Below, piece by piece: positions 38,270 through 47,727 of a DNA stretch of 64,000 nucleotides. The notes below the pieces were generated by a model. The model made no database searches and was not told where the DNA came from. It was given only the letters and a program-made list of their open reading frames with translations. The first letter of the stretch is position 1. Each line of letters starts with the position of its first letter. Source of the stretch: a virus; IMG/VR virus record IMGVR_UViG_3300031957_002677, positions 1-64,000 of that record, one strand, 5' to 3'. The translations under genes were made by a program, and so were the position numbers.

Positions 38270-39532
38270 TCAATCCAAAGTGCAAAGGATCACATCGATA
38301 TATTGAACTCTCAATGGTGATAATGAAGCAACAAAACTAACAGGACTTCCACTAAATGGATGACTATGTGGTTGACCACCACCAGTTGATGATGTTGCTG
38401 GACCTTGAGTATTGCTATTTCTAATAGTACCACCAGGAGTCAAAATTCTCTGTGTTACCCTCACACTTGTAGTTTGTGGATATCTTTGAGGTGTACGATA
38501 TGCTCTTGGTTGCCTATAAGCTGCAGGATTTCTTTGAGGAACTGTAACTCTGAATGGAATATTCACTCGGAAAGAATTTCTCTGTCTGAATGAATATCTC
38601 ACTCTGAATGATCTAGGTTGCCTCTGTCTAAATGATCTCCTCTGCCTAACATTTCTAGGTTGTCTAGTATTACGAGGTTGACGGAAAGATCTTCTCTGCC
38701 TAGAAGATACAGGTCTCCTAAACTGCCTTCTCTGTCTCCACCAACTTACTCTAGGTTGTCTTCTATCTGCTCTTCTTGGGATTCTATCATTTCTCCTTCT
38801 CCTACCCCATCTTCTTCTAGGTGTTCTGTCATTATTTCTGACACTTGCTCTCCAAGATTGACCAATAGGGTTTCTCCATCTTCCACCATCAACACGGAAA
38901 CTGAACGGTCTTCGTGATCTTAAAGGAACACGAAAAGCAATAGGAACTCTGAAACTGATTGGTCTTCTAGAACGTGTAGGGTATCTAACTCTTTGGTTTC
39001 TTGGTTGTCTCTGTCTGAGTGGAACTCTTTGTCTTCGTGGTTGTCTATAGTTACGAGGTTGCCTTACATTAGTTGGTTGTCTAAAGTTGACAATAACACG
39101 GTTATTGATCTGGACTCTTCTTGCCGCTCTAATATTATATCCACGTGGTTGCCTATTACTGGTTCTAAATGGTGAAGAACCAGCAGATGATCTATATGAG
39201 TTTGGATTACTTCCCGTATTATGTGTATGTGCTGGTAATTGTTGAGTGGTAAGTGTAGTACCACCCGAAGAACCTGCAATGGTCGAACTACAATTTGCAT
39301 CTGCACCTGCATCAGCAAATACTGCACTAAAATCAAGTGCTCCAGATGATAATCCACCAGTACCATCTACAACTCTAAGTGATTGATCATTTGCCTGTGT
39401 TTCTTTGGACCATCCAGTTGGTGCTGATGCTTGATAAAACACCATTGTAGAGGATTGTGGAATGATCCCATAAAATGTTGATAATTGAGTACCATTGCCA
39501 AATTCGATCCCATCTGCTCTTAAAATAGACAT
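38270..39532 (-). CDS. Collar-type short tail fibre paralogue with Arg-rich repeat insert
   Basis: IPQ...VFYQASAPTGW...LRVV collar-like region; TLTTQQLPAHTH and GGGQPHSH HxH motifs; LRVQYIDVILC C-terminus; ~250-aa Arg-rich insert between the HxH motifs. Confidence 0.75.
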   Translation of the reverse strand: MSILRADGIEFGNGTQLSTFYGIIPQSSTMVFYQASAPTGWSKETQANDQSLRVVDGTGGLSSGALDFSAVFADAGADANCSSTIAGSSGGTTLTTQQLPAHTHNTGSNPNSYRSSAGSSPFRTSNRQPRGYNIRAARRVQINNRVIVNFRQPTNVRQPRNYRQPRRQRVPLRQRQPRNQRVRYPTRSRRPISFRVPIAFRVPLRSRRPFSFRVDGGRWRNPIGQSWRASVRNNDRTPRRRWGRRRRNDRIPRRADRRQPRVSWWRQRRQFRRPVSSRQRRSFRQPRNTRQPRNVRQRRSFRQRQPRSFRVRYSFRQRNSFRVNIPFRVTVPQRNPAAYRQPRAYRTPQRYPQTTSVRVTQRILTPGGTIRNSNTQGPATSSTGGGQPHSHPFSGSPVSFVASLSPLRVQYIDVILCTLD

Positions 39533-39542
39533 ATATTATACC

Positions 39543-40079
39543 TCAACTAAAACGACAGATAATGACATCAATATACTTAACTCTTAGATCAATATTTCCA
39601 GTATATGGTGATGCTCCACCATTAAATGGGTGAGTATGTGCTGCACCTCCACCAGTTGGTGATGTTGCTGGAGCACTGGTATTTACAGCACGACCACCAA
39701 TACCAGGAGATCCAGGACTTACATTAACCTGAGAACCAGCATTATGAGTATGCCCAGGAATTTGTTGAGTTGTCAATGTTGTAGGTCCTAATGAACCAGC
39801 AGCAGTTACAGTTCCACTAATTGGACGAGTTGATGTGGGAAATATTGTGGAGAATGGTTGTCCACCAGGACCAGCAGTTCCACCAGAACCAAATCCACCA
39901 CCAGTTCCAGATACAACTCTAAGTGCCTTATTATTATGAGAAGTTACTTGTGCCCATCCACTAGGTGCCGATGCCTGATAAAATACTGCAACACTATTTT
40001 GAGGGATAATTCCATATTTAGAGTTCAGAACGGTATTATCAGATCCAAATTGTATACCACTCGTTTGTAAAATAGACAT
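39543..40079 (-). CDS. Collar-type short tail fibre protein
   Basis: Same architecture without the insert (TLTTQQIPGHTH...GGGAAHTH...LRVKYIDVIIC); late promoter ATAAATA at 40114-40120. Confidence 0.8.
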   Translation of the reverse strand: MSILQTSGIQFGSDNTVLNSKYGIIPQNSVAVFYQASAPSGWAQVTSHNNKALRVVSGTGGGFGSGGTAGPGGQPFSTIFPTSTRPISGTVTAAGSLGPTTLTTQQIPGHTHNAGSQVNVSPGSPGIGGRAVNTSAPATSPTGGGAAHTHPFNGGASPYTGNIDLRVKYIDVIICRFS

Positions 40080-40116
40080 ATTATACCAATTACTAACAAC
40101 AGATAACGTGTATTAT

Positions 40117-40797
40117 TTATCCAATATTAAATGCGATGGATATTCTTTCTTCTTGACTAAAGTGTGGTGTAACATAATGTGCGACTGTAGATGGCATTAA
40201 ATAGAAAACATCTTCCTTAGGTTCAATTACCCACTCACAATTCCCAGGAATATCAGCAAAACAAGCATTGTGATTTGATGGATCAGTTCTTAGTAAAGTG
40301 AGTTTACCTTCCTGTTCATTTAGGTTCTTAGGAATTTTTGGATAATAAAGTCCAATAACAGTACATCCAGGATGAGTATGATAAACATTATATCCCATTC
40401 CCTTGTTAATGTTAATCCACCATCCAATTTGATTATCATCTACCCTATAAGTTGCACCAAAGTCTTCCAGCATTTCATTTGTTAGATCGATGGCATTTCT
40501 TGCTAAATTTTGAACAGCAGGAGTTGTTGTTCTTTTGATTGTGGGTAATTCATAAACCTGACTTTGCCATCCTTCACCAAAATTAGATTTTTTCACTCCA
40601 TTAGGAAACTTTCTCATTAGATCATAACATTCATGGATAAGAGATTCGTTATCAATATCTAAAGTGAAAGTATATAGTGGTGTGATGAAGAGGTCATCAC
40701 GACTTTTGTCAGAAACAGTAATCTCTGAGAAATTATCATCGTTTGGACTAATCTCAGCTCTAAATCTGTGCATATCAATCTTGCTCCTCAGTTTCAT
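40117..40797 (-). CDS. Putative 2OG-Fe(II) oxygenase (TIGR02466-like)
   Basis: SNFGEGWQS, WININ..MGYNVYHTHP...GLYY...MPSTVAHYV.P....ERISIAFN. Confidence 0.8.
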   Translation of the reverse strand: MKLRSKIDMHRFRAEISPNDDNFSEITVSDKSRDDLFITPLYTFTLDIDNESLIHECYDLMRKFPNGVKKSNFGEGWQSQVYELPTIKRTTTPAVQNLARNAIDLTNEMLEDFGATYRVDDNQIGWWININKGMGYNVYHTHPGCTVIGLYYPKIPKNLNEQEGKLTLLRTDPSNHNACFADIPGNCEWVIEPKEDVFYLMPSTVAHYVTPHFSQEERISIAFNIG

Positions 40798-41512
40798 TCA
40801 TCATAAAAAATACTTGATTAATTCTATATTCAGCATCACTATAGTGATCACCAAAATAATGTTCACCAGTTAAGTTCATACTATGATAATAATATGATCC
40901 TTCAAACATTGCAAATCTATTAAATTTTGAACGAAAACTAACTACAATTTCCCATAAGTTTTTTGGTGTCCATGGTATTGCATGTTCATCTCTAACACCA
41001 TTATTTTCATCCAGAGGTAAGAGGTCTGGATTATCAGTAATTAATGGTTTATATAAGTTAGTCCCTATCTCATCATTCGTGGATAAGTAACAGATACCAT
41101 TATATCCTCCATCATGATGAGGCCACCAGTAATGACTTTCATATGGATTATCATCAATTCGTGAGAATCTTGTAAAATTAGTTACTATTTCATCCACATC
41201 TGCCGATTCTTGATTACAAATACCTGAGATCTTATTGTATAGTGAAGACATACCAGGATGCTTCATCATATGTCTACGATCCTCAAAGTTCTTGGTGTTG
41301 AGTGTACCTCTACCAAGTTCCCAATCTTCTCCCATTTTCCACAATGGTGGTTCAATAGACAGAAGATATTCATAGACATCATATGGTCTTTTATAAAAAT
41401 TATCCATCCAATAAAAATTGGAAACCTTATCACCATCATAAAACTCAATGATATTCATATTAGAAAAATCATTGGTATCAAACAATGAATGATCATTTGC
41501 AAAATTTTTCAT
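40775..41512 (-). CDS. 2OG-Fe(II) oxygenase-like (DUF6445-like)
   Basis: DNFYKRP..V, PHHD...GICYL...GTNLY, KFNR...F.G..YHS, RINQVFF. Confidence 0.7.
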   Translation of the reverse strand: MKNFANDHSLFDTNDFSNMNIIEFYDGDKVSNFYWMDNFYKRPYDVYEYLLSIEPPLWKMGEDWELGRGTLNTKNFEDRRHMMKHPGMSSLYNKISGICNQESADVDEIVTNFTRFSRIDDNPYESHYWWPHHDGGYNGICYLSTNDEIGTNLYKPLITDNPDLLPLDENNGVRDEHAIPWTPKNLWEIVVSFRSKFNRFAMFEGSYYYHSMNLTGEHYFGDHYSDAEYRINQVFFMMNETEEQD

Positions 41513-42072
41513 AAAAATATCTCCTGTATTTTTTCATCATCTAAACAAAATCCAAAAACCCATAATATTCTAGGAGTATCACCTTTAGTCGGAGTTACTT
41601 CATGATGAATCTCAGATACTTGATATATCAAAAGGTCTGTAGAATTTATGTCTTTATATTCTACACCACCAATGATAGTATGTCCACCCACATCTGCCTG
41701 TTGTGTGATAGCATTGAAGTGAACTGTTTTAGTATTTGGATAATATGTAGGGTCAATATGATTATCTATTCTACCACCTTCATATCCAATTCCATTTACG
41801 ATTCCATGACTATATGATGGTGGACTTTTATACCATTCTAGATGAAAATAATTGATTATTCTTTGCCTGACAATATGTGCAGCATTAGGATATTGTATAT
41901 CTGGAGCAACTGATTCATTTGGAAACCGAGTTGTAAATCTCGTTCCAGGATTATCAGGATCCATGTTAGCATCCTCAAAGAATTCTTGATTACAATTATC
42001 AAGAGTCCATTGATTAAGTGCCTTTACATCATCTTTGAATATAAAATTGCGAAGAATAAATGATTTAGACAT
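41509..42072 (-). CDS. Putative 2OG-Fe(II) oxygenase
   Basis: HIDP...FN..TQ....GG...HHEVTP..G..PRILWVFGF; likely start MSKSFIL. Confidence 0.75.
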   Translation of the reverse strand: MSKSFILRNFIFKDDVKALNQWTLDNCNQEFFEDANMDPDNPGTRFTTRFPNESVAPDIQYPNAAHIVRQRIINYFHLEWYKSPPSYSHGIVNGIGYEGGRIDNHIDPTYYPNTKTVHFNAITQQADVGGHTIIGGVEYKDINSTDLLIYQVSEIHHEVTPTKGDTPRILWVFGFCLDDEKIQEIFL

Positions 42073-42733
42073 CTTGGGTGCAATACTCACCACCACCCTT
42101 TTCTTCATCTGCAAAAGCAAAACTCTCGTATTCTGTATTCAAATTAAATGAAAGAATAATTCTGTCCTCATCACTTTCATTTGGAGCAGTGTAATGAAGA
42201 ACATATGATGGGAAGAAAAGAATAGATCCTTCTCTAATTCCTGGTGGAAGAGTATTACAAATCTCAGTATCTGCTAGATTGGGATTTAGAAATATGGTTG
42301 GTGTGTGTTTATTAGGATCAAATTTAATGAAACAAACAGCACTAAATCCCTGCGATCCATGATTATGAACCTGATGAAACTTACTATGAGTTGCTCTCTC
42401 AAACCAAGACGTACATACTTCTACAGCACACTCAAAGGTATCCGAAAAAGATTCTAATTCTGATTGAAGAATCTGCGTAATCTCTCTATCATAAGTTTCT
42501 CCAGTATCATGATTATGATGATAGTCAGTTTCCACATCTAGAGAAGATTCTGAACCTGTAGCAATCTTAAATTTATCTCTTTCATCCCTTCTCCGTTCAA
42601 ACATATCAAGGAGAATTGCTTTCTTTTCCTCCCAGTCTTCTACTTTAAGATGTAGAAGTGGAACAGAAAACATAGGAATCAAGTATTCACTATGCCCTTC
42701 AGGAACTTCACAGTATAAATGAAAATTTGACAT
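42065..42733 (-). CDS. Putative 2OG-Fe(II) oxygenase (TIGR02466-like)
   Basis: HQVHNHG...FSAVCF...EGSILFFPSYVLHYT.PN....RIILSFN. Confidence 0.8.
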   Translation of the reverse strand: MSNFHLYCEVPEGHSEYLIPMFSVPLLHLKVEDWEEKKAILLDMFERRRDERDKFKIATGSESSLDVETDYHHNHDTGETYDREITQILQSELESFSDTFECAVEVCTSWFERATHSKFHQVHNHGSQGFSAVCFIKFDPNKHTPTIFLNPNLADTEICNTLPPGIREGSILFFPSYVLHYTAPNESDEDRIILSFNLNTEYESFAFADEEKGGGEYCTQDV

Positions 42734-42738
42734 ACTAA

Positions 42739-42963
42739 TTACTTTTTCGTTTTCTTTTTATATCTTTTTTGTAATTTTAACACATCTTTCATTGCTGTGT
42801 CAAATTTACGGTAAAGTTTACCTGTTGGTTTTCCTTCAGCAATAATTGTGTATTTAACACCATTTCCTGCCATCGGAATCACAACAAAGTTTCCATCATC
42901 AGAGCAGAATTGTTTGTAATGAGTAGATTCTAACACTGATGAGTTAGTATATGTATACTTCAT
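42739..42963 (-). CDS. Basic hypothetical protein
   Basis: 74 aa. Confidence 0.65.
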   Translation of the reverse strand: MKYTYTNSSVLESTHYKQFCSDDGNFVVIPMAGNGVKYTIIAEGKPTGKLYRKFDTAMKDVLKLQKRYKKKTKK

Positions 42964-42966
42964 AAA

Positions 42967-44226
42967 TTACTTCTTAATTACAGAAACAGCAGCATCACCT
43001 TGCTCAAACACAATGTCAACAACATTCTGAATCTTTTGTGCAGTCTGAATACCAACTTTGTTGTAAGCAGGAATACAAACCAAACCATAAGATTTAGTGT
43101 ATTGATCAAGTTTACCTGGAACAATAGTTCCATTGCGAAGACCAGCAGCATCATCTTTATGCAATCGAATCACACGACCGATAGTCTGACTGATGCCAAT
43201 ATAATTCATTGACCTCATAAAGATCACAGAATTGAGACCAGAGACGTTAATACCTTCTGAGAGGATGCTGTGATGAAGCACAACAAACTTCTTCTCATCA
43301 TCCCTACCCCAAGCACTCAAAGTCTCAAAGAACTTCTCACGATTGACCTTACGACCATCAATCACTGCACCAGTCTTGGCAGTGATATACATGTAAGAAT
43401 AACCACGTACTTCCAGTTGAAAAGTAAAATCAGACTGACCAATCAGGTTGATGATATTCTTAGTAGATTTTGAGCAGATCAGTGCTTTATCAGCACCAGT
43501 CTCATCAATAGTCTTGATTAGATGTGCAGAATCACGGACAGGAACATCAGGATAAAGATCTGCATTATCTAGTTGATTGACAACAACCTTAGGAGGAATG
43601 ATGAAACCGTTGTTGACCAGTTCGGGTGCAGGAACCTGACAAATAACCTGACCGTAAACTTCAGGATCATTCATGCCAGGTTTCATTACCGTAATAGAAT
43701 GCTTCGGAGTTGCAGTAAAGAAATAGCAACGATCAGCATCATGACTGAAAAACTCAGTAGGAGGAAAGAAGTTACGGGTAACGGAATTGTGTGCCTCATC
43801 AAAATATATTGTATTGACTTCAATATCTGCTTCCATCACACGATGAAGAGAATGATAAGTAGTGAAGATGATCATGTTCTCACCCATGCTACGAGCAGTG
43901 CCAGCATATAGATGAATCTGATCTGGTTTAGTAGAACTAAAGTAATGAGTCTCACCACTATGAACGTGCATTACATGCAAATATGGATCACTGTTATTAG
44001 GATCAATAAGTTCCATAAACTCACTACAGAGTTGCTCAGCAAGAAGAATGCGAGGAGCAACAACAACAGTAGTGGTGCCACTGTTGATTGCATCGTGTGT
44101 TGTAATAGTATCTTGAATCATGGTGATAGTCTTACCACCACCAGTCGGAACGATTACTTGTCCAAGATCGTGCTTCAACATAGCATCGCAAGCACGTTGC
44201 TGATGAGGACGAAGAGAAATGGTCAA
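42967..44226 (-). CDS. SF2 DEAH-box helicase
   Basis: LRPHQ, PTGGGKT, DEAH, TATP, ILSEGIN, QTIGRVIR motifs. Confidence 0.9.
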   Translation of the reverse strand: MTISLRPHQQRACDAMLKHDLGQVIVPTGGGKTITMIQDTITTHDAINSGTTTVVVAPRILLAEQLCSEFMELIDPNNSDPYLHVMHVHSGETHYFSSTKPDQIHLYAGTARSMGENMIIFTTYHSLHRVMEADIEVNTIYFDEAHNSVTRNFFPPTEFFSHDADRCYFFTATPKHSITVMKPGMNDPEVYGQVICQVPAPELVNNGFIIPPKVVVNQLDNADLYPDVPVRDSAHLIKTIDETGADKALICSKSTKNIINLIGQSDFTFQLEVRGYSYMYITAKTGAVIDGRKVNREKFFETLSAWGRDDEKKFVVLHHSILSEGINVSGLNSVIFMRSMNYIGISQTIGRVIRLHKDDAAGLRNGTIVPGKLDQYTKSYGLVCIPAYNKVGIQTAQKIQNVVDIVFEQGDAAVSVIKK

Positions 44227-44249
44227 GTGCTTTCCGTATCAATGAATAT

Positions 44250-44304
44250 ACTATAAAGCACCCAGACCCTAAAGTCAAGGTGCTTGTGACAGTTCGCAAA
44301 CTGG
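44250..44304 (-). promoter_or_regulatory. Repeated early-promoter element copy 10
   Basis: CCAGTT-tgcg-AACTGTCACA-6-TTGACT-17-TATAGT. Confidence 0.7.
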
Positions 44305-44309
44305 TTCTA

Positions 44310-44474
44310 TCAGATCATTTTCATCGTCTCTTGTTGTTTGAAATATAATTTTACATATGATTTAAGCATCGTTCGTAGACCCTCAATATCTTCAATCTTA
44401 TCAATATCTCTTGAAAGTCTTTCATACTCAAAAGATTTTGATGGTGTTTGTAATGAAATCTCAGATGGGTCCAT
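44310..44474 (-). CDS. 54-aa two-helix protein, possibly NblA-like
   Basis: Read by hand: MDPSEISLQTPSKSFEYERLSRDIDKIEDIEGLRTMLKSYVKLYFKQQETMKMI; AAGGAG RBS; own promoter. Confidence 0.5.
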   Translation of the reverse strand: MDPSEISLQTPSKSFEYERLSRDIDKIEDIEGLRTMLKSYVKLYFKQQETMKMI

Positions 44475-44558
44475 AAAGATACTCCTTTAGCAATTTTCTA
44501 GCATTATATAGACGTGTCAAGGTCTTAAAGCTATTTCCTTTCTAACCCCAACAGAGAG

Positions 44559-44587
44559 ATTGTAGCAACTTTTAGGTATCTTGTCAA
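44559..44587 (-). promoter_or_regulatory. sigma70 promoter upstream of the NblA-like ORF
   Basis: TTGACA-17 bp-TACAAT with TGn. Confidence 0.7.
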
Positions 44588-47500
44588 TACAACCCAGCAT
44601 CAATCTCAACATTTACAACATTTAGAACTTCTTTTACCTCTACTCCTGTGTCAATAGTATTTGCTTCAAAGATTGTAGTGATTCCAAGAGTGTTGCTTAT
44701 GTTGATATAGAGATTTTGTAACTCTATCTCAGATGGAAGTCCTTGAGGTAGGAGATAACGATCTCTTCCAACTTCACCAGTGCCAGGATCAATATTTACA
44801 TCGGTGCGGATTGCAACTCTTCCAGCAGATTGATCATAGAAAATACCAGCATACTTATGAGTTGAAAGTCCAACATCATAACGTGCCATCAAAATACCAG
44901 CATCACCAGTATTTCCTACTGCTACATTAGGTGGAATAAGTGTTCCTTGATTAAGTGGATCTTCAATGAGACCAAGTGTGAGAAGGTTATCTCTAATGTT
45001 AACATCTTCAACATTCAGTCTTGCTTCATTACCATTGAAGAATGCACTATTAGCAGTAACATCACTTGAAATTGCAACATTACCAGTGCCATCATCCATT
45101 GCAATACAGATTGTTCCACCACCAGCACGCATAGTGCCTGTGCCTACTTGTAAATCACCTGTGACAGTTGTCAATATATCACTATCCATTGTGATATTAT
45201 CTTGACCATTACTTGCACGAATGATGTTACCACCGACTTGAATTGGTCCAGCAAATATGGTATTATTATTTGCTACCATAGTGATATTAGTATCACCAGT
45301 ACCTGCTAGAATATTATTTCCTTCAACTCTGATGTCACCAGTGAAACTTGTTAGTTCCTGAGCATCAAACATCAAGATATTAACTGTACTATCAGATGCT
45401 AGAATTTGATTTCCACGAACTTCTAGATCACCATAAAGAATAGTTTTAGAATCACCTTCTATTGTAATGTTAGTAACACCAATACCATCTTGAATATCTC
45501 TTCCACCAACAACTAAATCACCAGTAATTTCAGTATATGTTGCACCAAGACCAATTTGAATTGCAGTAAATTCGTCAGATGATTGAATAACATTCTTACC
45601 AAGTCTCAAGAAACCAGTAAGTTCTGTGACATTATTCCTAATGGTAGCAATACCAATATCATCTGCACCAATAACAACATCTTCTCCAGATTTGAATAAG
45701 TCTGCTCTTTGTGATGTATCAGCAATATCAATAACATTAGAGTCGCACTTAATATGAGTACCACCAATCTGAACGAAACCTGCAAATGCTGTTGAAGTAG
45801 CACTATCAAGTGTGATATTTACTTGCCTATCACTTGCTTTAATTTCATTTTGTGATAGAATCAGTCTTGTAAGTTCTGTATTTTCACTTCTAATTGATGT
45901 AATAGATCCTGCCTGTTCACCTTGACCCATGTCAATGAATTGTGCTCCACCTGCAAAATTCAGTTCAGTAACACCATAATTTAATAGGTCAAATCTTAAT
46001 TCTGGATTTTCTACTGATGCATTGATTGCAGTGCCAAGAACACTTAAGTTATTGTGTACGAATAGACTTGTACTAAATGCATCCAGATAGAAACCTGGAT
46101 TAACAAACATTTGTGCTCCAGCATCAGTCTGAGAAGTTCCAGCATTTGCCATTGCTGGATAGAAGAACTCAGGATTTGTGCTATTATTTACATCTTGCTT
46201 ATAAACGTCTACATTATTTGCTTGGAAAGCAGTAGAAACGAATGCATTATTGAAATTATCACTAATAACGTTTAAGAATCCATTGATTGTTGCAACACCA
46301 ACATGATTAAAGAAACCAGCACTATCAACATTAGCAAACCTCGACTTACCTGGACCAACATCTAGGTATATTTCATTTTCATCCGTATTACCAACTCCAG
46401 CAACATTTAGATATGCAATCGTTGCACCCAAACCAACGTCTAGGTTCACCAAATTTGCTTGACTGTCAGTTCCCTCAGGACCAACATCTAAGAAGTTACT
46501 AAAAATAGTATTCCAACGACCACCGTCACTACCAATACCACCAGTTGGAATGTTATTAGTATTTGGTAATAAATTTGAGAATACTGCACCATCAGTATTA
46601 ACCTCAGTTTTTCCCAATGGAGCAAATGATGATTGTTTAGAAGATGGTGTCATACCAATCGAAAGGATTGGCATCTCCAAATTCATATTTCCGTAAAATC
46701 TACTGAGTACATCATCACCGAGATGATCTTCAGATCCACTAGTTCCACCTAATCCATAACCAACTTCAATATATTCGGAAACACTAAATCCATAACCAAC
46801 TTGTCCAAATTGACGAACCTCCATACCACCAGTGGTGAAAATGGCGGCAGAAGCTGCTTCTGTATCAATACCTGCTTGTGCCCAGTCACCTTCACGTTGA
46901 TCATTAAATACTCTCAACCTTGCTTTTTCTGAATTACCTGGTTCACGGACGATATTAATGTCCTCCATACAAGTGATGGTGTCATAAAATAGGGATTCGG
47001 GAACAACAACGAACTCAGTTCCTAAACCAGTCTCACCACCATTTATAGGATCAGTGATAAGTGGATCACCACCATTAAAGTGAACTCTACCAGAAACATA
47101 TAGTGCTACTTCTTTGGGATCTGCTGCACCAACATTATCAATTACAACTAAACCGTGTGCTGTAAAATCATCATCCGCAGAACCATTGATAGTACCACCA
47201 GGACCAGTGACTGCGATACCAATATCAGCATTACTATTTGCCGCATTACCACCTTGTGCTCCAGCAACAGGAACATTTGGTTGTCCAATATAAACCGTTC
47301 CCATTCCTGAGTCACGGGCAAGCGTAGTAACTCCAGTAACTACAAGATCCCTAGTTGTTGTGAGTCCACCTACGTTTAACTTGGGGAATGTTGCTCCGAA
47401 ACCAGTTACAGAACCACTAGATCCATTATCAACATTTAAGTTTCCTTCAATATAAACATCGTCTAGTAAATATGTCTCATTAAAGTTAATCAGTGAATCA

Positions 47501-47670
47501 TCAGCAGTAGAACCTCTTGCTGTTCTCTCTGTTAGATAGTCACCGACTGTGCTACCGATACCAACACCACCCAACATGACTAAAGATGTTGATAATCCTA
47601 TGTTTTGATTGGCATCTCTAATTTCAACAAAAGATGCAAATTGAGATAATTCTCTACTATTTCTAGTCAT
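44584..47670 (-). CDS. Tail fibre-like structural protein
   Basis: G(D)L.V.G..I.....NIT beta repeats of about 29 aa; CTAAATA upstream at 47703-47709. Confidence 0.7.
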   Translation of the reverse strand: MTRNSRELSQFASFVEIRDANQNIGLSTSLVMLGGVGIGSTVGDYLTERTARGSTADDSLINFNETYLLDDVYIEGNLNVDNGSSGSVTGFGATFPKLNVGGLTTTRDLVVTGVTTLARDSGMGTVYIGQPNVPVAGAQGGNAANSNADIGIAVTGPGGTINGSADDDFTAHGLVVIDNVGAADPKEVALYVSGRVHFNGGDPLITDPINGGETGLGTEFVVVPESLFYDTITCMEDINIVREPGNSEKARLRVFNDQREGDWAQAGIDTEAASAAIFTTGGMEVRQFGQVGYGFSVSEYIEVGYGLGGTSGSEDHLGDDVLSRFYGNMNLEMPILSIGMTPSSKQSSFAPLGKTEVNTDGAVFSNLLPNTNNIPTGGIGSDGGRWNTIFSNFLDVGPEGTDSQANLVNLDVGLGATIAYLNVAGVGNTDENEIYLDVGPGKSRFANVDSAGFFNHVGVATINGFLNVISDNFNNAFVSTAFQANNVDVYKQDVNNSTNPEFFYPAMANAGTSQTDAGAQMFVNPGFYLDAFSTSLFVHNNLSVLGTAINASVENPELRFDLLNYGVTELNFAGGAQFIDMGQGEQAGSITSIRSENTELTRLILSQNEIKASDRQVNITLDSATSTAFAGFVQIGGTHIKCDSNVIDIADTSQRADLFKSGEDVVIGADDIGIATIRNNVTELTGFLRLGKNVIQSSDEFTAIQIGLGATYTEITGDLVVGGRDIQDGIGVTNITIEGDSKTILYGDLEVRGNQILASDSTVNILMFDAQELTSFTGDIRVEGNNILAGTGDTNITMVANNNTIFAGPIQVGGNIIRASNGQDNITMDSDILTTVTGDLQVGTGTMRAGGGTICIAMDDGTGNVAISSDVTANSAFFNGNEARLNVEDVNIRDNLLTLGLIEDPLNQGTLIPPNVAVGNTGDAGILMARYDVGLSTHKYAGIFYDQSAGRVAIRTDVNIDPGTGEVGRDRYLLPQGLPSEIELQNLYINISNTLGITTIFEANTIDTGVEVKEVLNVVNVEIDAGLY

Positions 47671-47727
47671 CTATTTCTTTAGCTAGGTGGATCTCTTAAG
47701 AGTATTTAGTTTCTCACAATCTCCTAT

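Noticed and set aside
38417-39166. Arg-rich segment as a wrong-frame translation
   Set aside because: Both flanks in the same frame align with the adjacent paralogue, other frames are interrupted, and the repeat is periodic at the protein level with varied codons.
38270-40079. Diversity-generating retroelement template/variable repeat pair
   Set aside because: The paralogues are diverged throughout, with no near-identical adenine-specific repeat, and no reverse transcriptase is present.
21118-44304. Repeated palindromic elements as a CRISPR array or integron attC sites
   Set aside because: Spacing is irregular (0.6-10 kb), copies are degenerate and tied to -35/-10 boxes, and no cas or integrase gene is in the window.
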